Origin: Perkinsus olseni
Taxonomy: Eukaryota
DNA length: 40,830 nucleotides
NCBI GenBank assembly: GCA_013115125.1
Contig: JABANN010000046.1
Coordinates: 62,001-102,830, forward strand
Direction of reading: 5' to 3'
The notes below the pieces were generated by a model that had not been told where the DNA came from, searched no databases, and saw nothing but the letters and a program-made list of their open reading frames with translations. The position numbers were made by a program, and so were the translations under genes. Below, piece by piece: positions 11,615 to 23,200 of this stretch (position 1 is the first letter of the stretch; every line of letters begins with the position of its first letter).

Positions 11615-12037
11615 TCACACAACGGGCATGTCTGATGAATCTTCCCTGTCCGGCATGGGCTCGAAGGAGTCGGTGCCGGGTACTTTCAAAAGCAAATTCA
11701 CATTTTCACCATCTGTAAGGCCCGCGTCTCTCACCGTACAGTGGTCTTCAAGAATCTGACTACGACAAGGGCTACCAGGTCTGCGCACCCTCATCGAGCC
11801 TTTACTAAGTTGTTAAAAACTAAGCGGACGTTGTCAGCGTCAACAGGCTCCTGCTCCATCATAGCCGACACCTTGTGCTGACAAAGGCGAACAGATCTCT
11901 CACGCCAGGGTCGGGTCTGCTGCCCTCACCTTGATGCCTGCAATCAGCTCGTCGTTACGTGTTAGTATGCAAAGTATTATGTCCTCAGTGGGCCTTTCGA
12001 CTTTGAGGCACAGCGAGCTCGAGGGCCGACATAACAT
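11615..12037 (-). CDS. Small ubiquitin-like domain protein (elongin-B-like), 3 exons
   Basis: Spliced LCLKVERPTEDIILCILTRNDELIAGIK|HKVSAMMEQEPVDADNVRLVFNNL|ILEDHCTVRDAGLTDGENVNLLLKVPGTDSFE; ubiquitin-fold pattern RL.F..ILED..T.....L.DG..V.L. Confidence 0.7.
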
Positions 12038-12235
12038 TTTTGTATATTTTTTGAACTTTTCCGAGAAAAGACATCCGCCAGGAGACTTCGGCTGGACGGA
12101 GACCTCGACCGATCGGACGTGGTGTTGTTGTTCGCGAATCGTGGCGCGCGCGAAGTGATTTTCATGGATCGATTTTCGACAAATTGTGGGCTTGTTTTGC
12201 AACGAAGCGACGTAGATGAAGATTAAAATCTTTTT

Positions 12236-12626
12236 CCTAAGGAGAAAGTATATTTTCTAAGGAAGAAATCTCGCTCGCCCTCGGCATTTTTCTAAGGAGC
12301 CTTTGCGCTTTTCTAAGGAAATTTTGCACTTTTCTAAGAAGATTTTGCATCTTCCTAAGGACCCTTCCCGCGCGTAACTACCACCTCTTACACACCCCAG
12401 CCTTCGGGTTTTTGGTGATGGTCGCCCGAAGGGCGACCTGAGTCGGGTTTCGGGTTCACGGGGGTTACGGTCTGTGCTCCACTAGGTCTTGGTTTTCTTT
12501 TTTTAACGCCTACCAGCCGAAGTAACCTTCAGTCGCTGTCTTGTACGCGCGCGTGCCCGCACGACGCGCCGGCGTATTTTCGGGCGAGCGAGATTTCTTC
12601 CTTAGAAAATATACTTTTTCCTTAGG
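12236..12626. repeat. 391-bp element bounded by 45-bp inverted repeats, with an internal 21-bp-period array and central hairpins (MITE-like or regulatory)
   Basis: 12236-12280 and 12582-12626 are reverse complements with 1 mismatch; CTAAG cores at 12292/12313/12334/12355; hairpin GGTCGCCC-GAA-GGGCGACC at 12420-12438. Confidence 0.85.
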
Positions 12627-12752
12627 TTTCTGCATTTCACCCGTAGATGAACTCGTGGCTTCGGCGCGTGAGGGTGAACCCAACAAGAATCCTGAGCTCA
12701 CGGGCCGACCCAAATGCTCGCTTCACAGTCTTGTCTTCTTATTTCGCCCTCA

Positions 12753-13649
12753 ATGGCTGTCGGAAAGCCCTTGCTTGCGAACCCCACCATAAAAAGGTTA
12801 CCTATGGCAGCATAGAGTTCTAGTCCATCGTCATCAGCAGGTACTCCCTGACGACGAAGGCCGCTGCCACTCTCGGGGCGGGTGACCTCGAAGCTGCCGT
12901 GAAGGTCCCTCCTGGTGCTGATGAATTTGAGTGGATCGCCGTGAAGACTTTGGACATCTTCAACGAGATCAACCTCCTACTGGGGGCCATCAGTGACTTT
13001 TGTAAAGGGCGACGCCTTAAACGATGGGCCGGAGCGCAACTGAGCAGGTACCAATGAGTCCTGTCCTGAGATGAGGGCTGGCAAACATTACGAGTACGCC
13101 TGGGCCGACGAGACCAAGTACCTCACGCCGACACGCTGCTCAGCCCCTGTGTAAGCGCCTGAATCAGTTCTTCAGAAGATTGCATTGTGTGGAAGCAGAT
13201 ACACCGAGCTCCTCATGAAGTGGGTGGACTCCCACCTCGCGGATAAGACCATCTTCCCTACCGAGGAAGGTCCTTGCTGTGCGCTCAAGGCTTTTGGGAG
13301 GCTCATCGTCAGGTGTACCATTCCCGGACAACTTCATACCGACTGTCAAGAAACTGTTCAGAAGGCTCTTTCGAGTGTAACATGTTGTCAACCAATTTTG
13401 AATCTTCCTATGACGACCTCTTAGATACGCACACGTGTACCACAGCCATTTCAGACAGATCGTAGATTCAGGCGCCGAGGCTCATGTTAACAACGCGTTC
13501 AAACACTTTATGTACTTCGTTATGGTAGGCCGAGGGACGACGCTCTCAGTTATCTTCCTTCCACGCAGGAGTTCAACTTGATCGAGCAGAAGGAGTGCAC
13601 TCCCTTACTGGAGCTCATTCGAAAGCTCTGTGGTCGTCTGCCTGCATGA
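12753..13649 (+). CDS. MOB1: MOB kinase activator (MOB1/phocein family), multi-exon
   Basis: ATLGAGDLEAAVKVPPGADEFEWIAVKTLDIFNEINLL, CPEMRAGKHYEYAWAD, YTELLMKWV, IFPTEE|GVPFP, KKLFRRLFRV|YAHVYHSHF, AHVNNAFKHFMYFV|EFNLI. Confidence 0.95.
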
Positions 13650-13785
13650 TACTATAATTCCCATGTGCTGCTGCCGTGAAGTGACTGTGAAGCCTTTGAT
13701 GATTTCTTCTGAAGAAATCGATCAAGTTGCGTTGATGCAAGTCGGAGAGGGGTTGGACTGCTCGTTAATTTAGGAATTAACGTAA

Positions 13786-16252
13786 ATGCCTGAGGACGTG
13801 GTGAAAGAGTATGATGCTGTGGTAATAGGAGCCGGCATAGCTGGCTTGAACTGCGCCAAACGCCTCAAAGCGGCTGGAGCATCTACGGTAGTCCTCGAGG
13901 CTAGCTTCCATATTGGTGGACGATGCAGGTAGTACTGGTGGTGGAGCATGAGTTGGGGAAATAGCGGTATCGAAGGATCGGGGCTGCAGTTGGATGACAG
14001 GAGCATGTCGGCAAATTGCTCTATGCCAGTTCACGAGCAAGCAAAATCTTTTATTGGTCATTATTAGCGAATTTTACACCTATTCAGAGAGGGGCTTGAG
14101 AGGGGGAATGATGTAGTCGTGAGGGCTGGCCTGATGCTGGATACCGCACCAAAGGGAATAGTCTGCGGTACGTGGAACTGTGGGCTGCGGGTCCTTGTCT
14201 AGAAGGGTCGGTTGATAATGAGCACTTCAGGACGCTTCATGAGAGTGACATGAAAGCACCGGGCTCTCATGGATGGTGGATGCATACAGAGGGCAGCATA
14301 GGTCGAGGCAGCAGCCATTTCGACGTTGGTGAGTGAGGGTGGAGTAACAGCGGAGGCCCTATGGTGTTGCCAAGGTGCCGAGTTCATACACGGCGACGGC
14401 ACGAGCCTGTATCGAATGGCCCAAGAGAAGGGATGGAACTTACAGAAGGTGCTACTCAAAGGGCAAGGGTTTGATATATGCGCATCCCTCCTTCTTAGCT
14501 CTTCACGTGGGCTCAAGGCGATGGCGGTCCGAATGATGAGATGGTCAATGGTGGTGCTGGCTACTACTATGTGGATGGACAACTGTATCGGTTTGACGAG
14601 GTAGAAGCTGTCTTCGTTACTTCTTCTTTCGGTGTGGGATTCCGGATCTGTACGACTGAAAGGGTGAAAGCAAAGCGACAGAGTTTCCATTGTTATTGCA
14701 GTTGCCACCGGACTTCCGTGAAACGCATGAAATCCTGTCGAGAATGGCCGACGAGTATCCTGTGGCGCACAGCGAAGATATGGAGGCGGTTTTGAGGTCG
14801 AGGGGCGTATCAGATCGTTCGGAGAGGTTGGTGCAAGCTGGATATGGCAATACTGCCGGCGGGGCATTTCGAGTACTCAGTTGGCGTGCTAACTGTGAAG
14901 CGGTAGGTCCCCGGTTCGATTCGAGGCTAGGATACATCTAATCTGATCATCAGGAGCATTTCTATGAACGTGATGATGGCGACCATGACTTCCAAGTCGA
15001 GCAGGGCTTCGGGGATTCGGTCATCGGAGAGCTCGAGAAGGATGCTGGCGAAGTAGTTCTCGTCGCCTTGGACCCCCGCTGTGACTTGGTCGAGTCAGGT
15101 GCGAGTCCGCCACCGCGTCATCAGTGTAGCCATGGGGGCCGATGGAGTTGCATCAGTTCGATGCTCCAACGGTCGAGTGTTCAGAGCCCCACACGTTATC
15201 CTCTGCGTAAGCCCGTTACCATCGTCATACGTGTGGACTTTTCCCCTCCCAGGTACCCGTGCCGGTACTACAGGGCAGCTATGGCCCGACCGAAAGCATC
15301 GCGATGAGCCCGCCCTTGCCCCAGTGGAAGGAGAACGCCATCCAAGATGTGGGCGCTCCGCTGTTGGGGCCGTGGGGGGGATTTTTTTCTCAGATGACGT
15401 GCTCACCCTCCTTGAAAGTGTACGCTAAGTTCAGTAGGAGATTCTGGCCGGCTGATATGCATGGTATGATCTTCGCTCTGCCGAACCTCATACCGGAGGT
15501 CTGGACGGATCATGGCAGCGACAACATTCTCTGTGGTGAGTTCTCCGACTGCTAGTGCTCATACCACGTGCAGTATGGCTCAGGATTCACTATGGCTTCT
15601 TGGGCGGAGCGATGCGGTTCGATGCCGCCGGCTAGGCTGCTGGAGGCCTTCCTTGAGCAGCTCGATCGGGTCTTTGACGGCAAGGCTAGTGGGGCTTATG
15701 AGGGAGGTGAGGGAGGGAGGGAGCCTATCCTTGGAGACTTGGGTCATCCAGGTCTCTGAGATGCTGTTGCTAATGGTGCTTCGCTGCTACGCTTCGCTTG
15801 TTAGGTATGGTTTTCGACTGGGGGAAGGTGCCTTATATTCGGGCTGGTTACTGCCCGCCTTCCGTGACAGAGCAAGAGGACACGAGACGGAAACTTGCTG
15901 AGCCTATCGTATACGATACAGGTCGGTTGATGGCTCCTAGTCGGGCATGGAGCATTGGTGTTGAGCTCAGGTTACAGCCTTCATTTCGCAGGCGAAGCCG
16001 CTAATCCGGAGTGCTACATGACGGCCCATGGTAGGTGTCTCGGGTGGGTAGAGGCTCTCACAAGCAGGTGGTGGCCTTCTAGGTGCGATGGACTCCGGCG
16101 CTCGTGCCGCGGAAGAGGTTCTGCGGCTTTTGAAACCGGGCAAGACTACGGGTAATAGCCCTTCGCTGAGGGGGGCCGGTGGAGGAGATGTGGACGTGCT
16201 CTCAGGGTCTCCAGCTGCGTCGAAGGCTCAGCAGTTGTCTAGCAGGCTTTGA
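13786..16252 (+). CDS. Flavin-containing amine (polyamine) oxidase, multi-exon, C-terminal SRL
   Basis: DAVVIGAGIAGL...VVLEASFHIGGRCR (FAD GxGxxG and GG motif), FDVG|AEFIHG, KVYAKFSRRFWP, DWGKVPYIRAGY, LHFAGEA, TAH|GAMDSGARAA; ends QQLSSRL*. Confidence 0.92.
14903..14934 (+). pseudogene. tRNA-like T-arm fragment starting at the donor of amine-oxidase intron 14903-14953
   Basis: GT AGGTC CCCGG TTCGATT CGAGG CTAGGATA; splicing joins ANCEA|EHFYE. Confidence 0.65.
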
Positions 16253-16421
16253 TCGTGACAAAATGGGCAGGGGCGAAGGGGTCCCTCCCTCGCGACTACT
16301 GTCCACATTTCGGTTCCTGTGTTTCACGTTTGGCTTCAAGGCTATTTACTGTTTCTTCGTGATGGGAGTGGTGGAGTTGAGAACACCTTAGCTTAGGAGC
16401 AGCAGGGGAAAGATTCCGTCA

Positions 16422-16508
16422 TGGTCCGGTGGAAATATTGGGGTGGGGATTCGAACCTGGGTCGCGTGGATGAAAGTAAGGGCGCCTAACCGGCTGGAAT
16501 ACACCGGA
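16422..16508 (-). pseudogene. Intergenic tRNA-Glu(TTC)-like pseudogene with an insertion
   Basis: Minus strand TCCGGTG TATTCCAGCCGGTTAGG...CTTTCAT CCACG CGAC CCAGG TTCGAAT CCCCACCCCAATATTTC CACCGGA CCA; acceptor strands pair, anticodon and T stems do not. Confidence 0.7.
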
Positions 16509-16690
16509 CTGCTCGGGAACTGCAAATCTACCGTATTGCTCGGTGTTTGTTAGTAGCTGCGACACTGTAGTCTACGCATTTCTGAGCGATGCGTCTTCGT
16601 GAATTCCTAAGACTCGGCGAGCCCCTTTAGTCTGGCTCAGCGCTCCAGTGGGGAGCCTCCACGCACAATTTGTTTTAGTGCAAGTCTTTG

Positions 16691-19600
16691 ATGACAGCCT
16701 CCTCAGCTACTTCCAATGGAAGTCTCGGCAGTATTGTGAGAGTTAGTCCGGCTGAATGGAAGCAACCGGTGCCTCTGGACATGGTACTAAAGAGGGAAGG
16801 GGACTAGGGCTGTATTGCTCACCGACAAAACTTCCGCCCTCTCCGTCGCCCTCATCTCCTCCGCGGGTTCCAAGACACGCCACAGCGTTGGGAACCCTTT
16901 GAGCTGCCTTTTACACTTGTTCTGTGTAACAAGTGAAGGAGGAATCCACATTGTGAGTGTGCAGCGAAGGGTCCGATCGCGTTCCAAAATATGGGGCTCG
17001 CCGATTATTGTCAGACAGCACAAAGTGAACGTCGCATTTAGAAAATTAGAATGTCGTGCGAGGGGGTGGCTGCTGTTTCAGTTCGAAGAGCAGCTCCGGA
17101 CGCGGGACTTGGCTCTGGAATACCGAATACTGAGGTGGGCTGGGTTGCAACAACGGCAGCAGATGCTCGGTACCGAGGCAATTACGTAGTTAAAAAGGTA
17201 CATGACGGAGACAACGGAAATGGTGAGCAGGTGTGAGCGAGGAGAGGAGGGCAAGGACCGTTACAGGTAGTAGAATGTCACGCGTGGGGATTGAACCCTG
17301 GACCACAGCCATGGGAGTCAGCCGTGCTACCCATGGCGGAATAGGTTGAGGACCTAATATACCATTTCCAGACCCGGGGGGCTCACCAATTTGGCCTGGG
17401 TTGAATCAAATTGCCCTGGGGTTTTACTAATTTGTACTGGGCCATATCGAATTGCTCTCGAGTATTACTATTTTGCCTTGGGCAATTTCTGATTTGGTTT
17501 GGATATGGTGTAGATTTTCCCGTCGGTGAGAGTATGGTAATGTGTGCGTTGTTCAGGGATATCATCCCGTTCAAGGATACTCGAGCACATGTCGGACGGG
17601 CCGAGCATGACCGATATATTAATGCTTCGTAACCAGGCTGAGATGACCCTCTCAAGGGTCGCCTATATTCGCTAGATGGGTCAGCCCTAGTGCTGTCTAG
17701 GTACATACGCGGCGGTTCTAGTGCCTCCGGTATAGATGGTGGATTCATTGCCGCACAGGCGCCGTCGCAGTCGACTGCACTGGACTTCTGGTCCATGATA
17801 TTGCACCATGGGTAGTAGTAGTAGGGTATGGCCGACGGTGGCCATCTGCTTTTGGGATGATAGCGAATGAATCGTCAACGTGTCACTTCTCCTTTCAAAG
17901 TTGGAGAAATTTCCCCGCTGAGCTTGGTCATGCCCGGTCGTACGAGTGAGGACCGGACGCCTGCGAGTTGCGCGACCATGAGATTTCAACAGACTCAATT
18001 CGTCTATCAGAAATGCCCAAACATTACGCGATGTTGCCCCATGTATGGCTCCGGCGTAGTTCTCTAGGATCTCTCATACGGTATTTGCGTGATGCCGGCG
18101 CTAAGTGCTACTTCGGAACCATTGGTAGAGACGGTCGAGAAGTTACTGCTTTCTTGGCGATGTCGGCTCCGAACCGGATGATGAGTTTATCCTCACCTTG
18201 ATGTTATCTGCATGAAGATAGTGCACTTAGTGATACCTCGGCAGTGCGTCGACTCAGTTAGTGAACGTGCATGCCGTACCAGTAGAGAGTCGGGCGTACA
18301 GCGCGTTCTGGGGCTCTCTGAGTGTACCGGGCGACCCTTTGTCGATCAGCTGCGAGGTTATATTTGTACTATGTCAACTACGAGAAGGTGGTAGGAGTAA
18401 ATGTGCGCAATACTGGCCGTCGCCGATGGGGGCAAGTAATATCCGGGCGCGTGACGATTGAAGGACTTGGGTGATTATTATGGCCAGGTATGGTTGTTGA
18501 AAGCGATGGAATTTCGTGGCGAGTGAAGCTTGCGTTAGAGGAATCTTATCAGCATTATGGAGGAGGGAGCACGGCAGTAGCTCATGATGAGGATGATCAT
18601 GGCAGCGAATTCGACCTCGTCAAACGAGTGTAATTGCCGCCGCCGCCGTCTCTGCAGTGAGAGCTTGCGTGGGCATTGCTACTGTTCAGGTTTGAAGTTA
18701 GCGTGGAAGGGGACTATTCAATTCCTGTCAAGCAGGTCGTTCAGTACCAGTATCTATCATGGCCGGACCACGGCACTCCAGACGTTGACCAATTCGTTAG
18801 AGTTTTTCGAGTACTATCATCAGGGGCATTCTTCCCTCGCGAGTCCTCCTGCATTTCTCGGATTCCTACTGCCAGCCTCGCGCTTCACCATCGCGACGTA
18901 CGCAGTAAAGTAGTAAATCGACTGATTCGGAGTTGAAGAAAACTTTCCAAAAATCCGAAATTTTACGTAAAATTGGAATTATTGGGCCGAGTGTTTTCGT
19001 CTCTTGACCAATGGAGAGCGATTCTTTGATTTCACGGCGACAAAATACAAGGCGCGGTTGGTTCTACTCATAGGAAGGAAACCCTTTGTCGAAGGAGTAG
19101 CCGAAATATTGTTTACAGGTTTTCCACACAGCACGTCGGAGGGTGTTGAGAGGAAGCGGGGCACCCAGCGCGCCGATTTTAGTCCACTGCAGCGCAGGGG
19201 TAGGGAGAACAGGCTGCCTTATAGCACTGGAGCGGCTCGTCTCGGAGGCTATGGAGCAGAAGGAGAACGAAGAAGGGACCCCGGCTGTCAGCGTGTTGGC
19301 AACCTTAGAAGATATGAGGAATAGTCGAGCATTTATGGTAGTTCTGGGGCGCGATGGGGCGGACCTCGTGGTGGTCGTTCAACCCGATGAACTGAGGGGG
19401 TGGCGTTTACCCCCTGAAAAACATCGGATGGCTCTGGAGACATAGTCTCAGCGGAACTTTAGTGGTACGAAGGTTGTAACTGGAAAATTGGTTCCTCACG
19501 CTCGTACTCGAAACGCGAAGGGGTCACTGGGAACCTCCATCTCACTCTACCGTGTTGGGCCTGCCGTTTAAACTTGCTGTTCCGAGACTGAGTGACCCGT

Positions 19601-19750
19601 GGTGGTTTTGACTCCTCTTCCACTCAGGTGCAAACAACAGGCCAGTACCAATTGATCTATGAGGCAATGGCGATGCTAGTATCGTGCGGTTTCTTTGACG
19701 ACTCTGCCGCGACCGCTGGATCCGCTGCCGACTTAGATTCGGAAATTTGA
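16691..19750 (+). CDS. Classical protein tyrosine phosphatase (PTP), multi-exon
   Basis: KDRYR|DIIPFKDTR, DRYINAS, FIAAQAP..STALDFWSMI, KCAQYWP, YQYLSWPDHGTP, PILVHCSAGVGRTG, MRNSRAFM|VQTTGQYQLIY; start uncertain. Confidence 0.93.
17276..17332 (-). pseudogene. tRNA-like fragment antisense near the donor of PTP intron 17267-17556
   Basis: Minus strand GGTAGCAC GGCTGA CTCCCAT GGCTG TGGTC CAGGG TTCAATC CCCAC GCGTGACA (CCC anticodon-like loop, Leu-like 3' end). Confidence 0.7.
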
Positions 19751-20218
19751 GACTCTTTCATGGCTTAGTACAGCCTACGGTAAATAAGCATTCTCCGGGC
19801 AGCAGCAGTAGTGGCTTGAGTATACTTATTGGGAGAAAACGATGGGAGGGGTTTTCATTGGCCTTCCCGCGGTCGACCTGTGTAGCATTTATCATAATAC
19901 TTGATGGTGAAGTAAGTAGCCGGGCTAGTACTTGTGTGATGCCATATCATTCACGCGCGGAAATTATAATATTTACAGTTCGGTATTGAACAATAGTAGT
20001 ATATGTGAAAATGCCGCATGCAGAAATGAGGCCGCAATGCCAGGCAGCGCGAGAATGGTGGTCGATCTAATGCAGCAGCGATGAGGAGTTACAACCGCCA
20101 CGTGGCATAGCGGCCTGATCTTCCCATATCGCGTTTTTATCTTCATAAAGTGAGGTATATCCAATTCGGTTCGTCATCTACGGTTTCACCTCTACAGGTT
20201 TTTTGAACAGTTTCGGGA

Positions 20219-23200
20219 ATGGAGCCCAGCATTCGACTCTTCCGACTGCCACTGTCTGCCAGAATGCTCGCTGCGGCTGCCGGTGCGCGCCCTTGGGCAC
20301 TTGGCCGAAGGTGCGTCTCCTCAACGGCTGCGTCGCCCGTGGCGGACTTCGTCGATGCTCTGGAAGGGGCGGAGCGGAGAGTTCCGGAATGGTACAATCC
20401 CGAGTTCGTGAAGCTTCATGAGAAGGTGGTGCAGTATCTTCCAAATGCAAGTCTGGAGGGAGAACTTTTGCCATTGATGAAGGCGGTGTCGGCGATGCAT
20501 GGGTGAGGGGTTCTTGGGTAGTCGGGTGTAGTGAACCTCAGGCTAATCAAGGCGCCACTAGTGTACGCGAAAGTAGATAGCATGGCTCCTGTCTCGGAAT
20601 CAGTAGTTACCTCACGCCTAGTGGGGCTACAAGTTCTCCCGTGTCCTCGCTATGGGGAGGCGGTGCAGATATTGTCTGAGCCTCGCTTGCTGAGTCGGTA
20701 CCGCTAATTTGGTAGAGCAGTCGACTGCCAAGCTAGTGGGCGAAGGTTCGACCCTTGCACGCGGCGCCCTGGGTGTCCGGACGATAGTTTATTCTAGCAT
20801 TGTCACTATTTGTTTCATATTTTGCATACTTCACAGTAGTCGCGGGAACATGGATTGGAACTCTACTCCTTCAGGTTCGGCCTCTCAGAGTTGGTATCGG
20901 CCATTGAGACACGCCTGATATCCCTACTGGAAGGACTGCATGCTCCTTCCTTGGACAGGGCCACGTAAGAGCGGGAGTCTCTGACGTCTCGCGGATGACC
21001 CCTGTAGGAAGTTGGTAATAATCCATCAGATTCGTACGTTTATTGCTGTTGCTGGCCTCGTCCAGTGATGCTCCCGGTGTGATGAGCAGCAAGCTCCGTG
21101 AGTGCCTCGAAGCGGAAGCACTGGTAGCCAGATTGACTTTGCACCATCGGTGACGGCTCAGTCAGGTTCATATAGCCTCCTACTTGAAACCAAGTGACGG
21201 AGAGACCCTCATGAGCTTGGCTGCTATGATCATAGGTGAGCTGGTGGAAGTTTGGTACCGGACAGTTCTCTGACGGGCTCCTCAGGTTGCTCGCAGTTGT
21301 CGCTGTCTTCTTTACCACTGGCGACCGCCGTGCAGGAAGTTATAGATGAGAGGGTGGGAGACCTTCTAGAAGCACTCGATATGAGGATGTTGGCTCACAC
21401 CGAGCTGGCTGCTGCCAATCTTGGAGCGGGCAGAGGCACGGGGTGAGCTGGATCTCCATCGTAGCGTGAGGCAAGTTGTCAACATTGAGGTCCTCTCTCA
21501 TGGCTAGAGAAAATTCAGAACATCACTTAGAGTATCTATCACTGTTTGGAACTTCCAGAATAGTGGCTGTGTTCACCGAAGTCCAGCGCGCAAGAAGGCG
21601 AGATTACATTTACATGCCAGTCATGAGATTAGTAACGCAATAACGGCTATGAATCATTTCCTCAGATACTCCCGATTGATGAGTTTCTTCTGCGCCCAGC
21701 CGCTGGACGATTTGGAAAACATAGCCAACGTGAGTGGAGGTCTTCTGGGCAGTCTGCGATCCTCACCCTCTCATCACCACCCACAGGGGTGGGCTCGATT
21801 CGAGCTTCGAGATCGAGCAGAGCTTGGTTACAGCTCTCCCTTGCTCTCCCCTAGTTGCTCGCAAAGTAGGGATCGTGATTGAACGAAATGTTCCCGGCAA
21901 TCTTTCGGGTCGAACCAAAGTGTTTAACCGAGATTGTTGCTATTTTGACGCCCTTCTTGCTAGGGTTCCTCTCGATTCTTGCAGTTGCTGCTGATCCAAG
22001 CGACGACTCGCTCGTCCCACTTGGCCTTGACAGCCCAGCTCATCTCGAGCCTGGATAGCGTGCTAGCTAGAGAGGATGATGGCGACGGAGGGGAGGAGCA
22101 GGAAGACCAGTCGAGCCATGCCCTTACGGCGCTCTGGTCTCTGGTTGCCCTCGGCCATGGGCAGGTAGGCATGGGCGACGACCACTCATACACGCGAGGA
22201 CCGCAGCCCTTTGCGCAGAACCTGAATCCCGAGGGGAAGTTGCCTGGAACGATTAGCTCGCTGTTGGGGATGGCAACCACGTGGCAGTGCCTTGACGACC
22301 CCAAAATGGAGCGCCAGTTGCAGCAGCTCTGTCTGAACTTCGTCCTGGAGCATGGCGAGAAGCCCGAAGTGTCGTCACAGGTCAGACCACCGGTCGATTT
22401 TTCTCGTGTCTTCTGACCCTCCTTCAGGTGCCACCGATGCCGGACTGCGTAGCTCGGGCTGGGCTGAAGAACAAAGACTGGCAGAATGTCTGGTAGGCCG
22501 TCGGCGATGTGCTCTGGAGGGGCACGATGAAGTAGATTCACCCGCCGGCTGTTCGATGCTTCTGCGTCGCCAACAGGGCGAGCCGACCATCGTGGTGGAT
22601 GATATAAATGGTCGCCTCCGCACTCTGTTCGCTCACGATAGTGGAGTCGTGTTACACAACCATCGAATCTGATTACTCGGCTTTTATTACCGGACCATTG
22701 GGCTCCTTCTGGTAAACGAGGAATGCACGGGGTCAAGCGAACTCGCGGGGCTCGCGGAGATATTTTAGCAGATCGATGGAACTGACGGTGTATTCTAATA
22801 TTGATTTTAGGTCGTCCTTCGCGCTTGCTGACGATGCCGCTGTTGAGGAGTCGTCGGTAGCTTTTAGTGAGCTAGTGAGCTCTATTGAAGGAGAGGTGGA
22901 GGACATATTGGAAACTCTACCCGAGATCGGTAGAAACGTCATCCGCAGGGATCGAACCTGGGATCTCTCTTACGCTGGCAGATATTACCTACTCACCTAC
23001 CTGGAAAGCCGAGCTAGTGTCTAAGTTCTACGGAAGGGATCGTCTTTTCGCCGATAAATTTGGAGACGTCTTTATTCACGTTGATTGTGGCCCCGCCTGG
23101 TTGGAGGAGCCGCTGGACCCCTACGCCCAACTACTGCATCGACACGTACGTTAAAGTCGGAAGGGATGCGGCCAATCCCGCGTTAGGTACGATTGGCCGG

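Noticed and set aside
12285-12360. Regular repeats as a CRISPR array
   Set aside because: 21-bp tandem units with no unique spacers, eukaryotic context, no cas genes
21900-21925. Weak B-box-like strings (also ~24134-24150, ~34866-34876)
   Set aside because: Only the core matches, without tRNA-like flanks; not counted in the family
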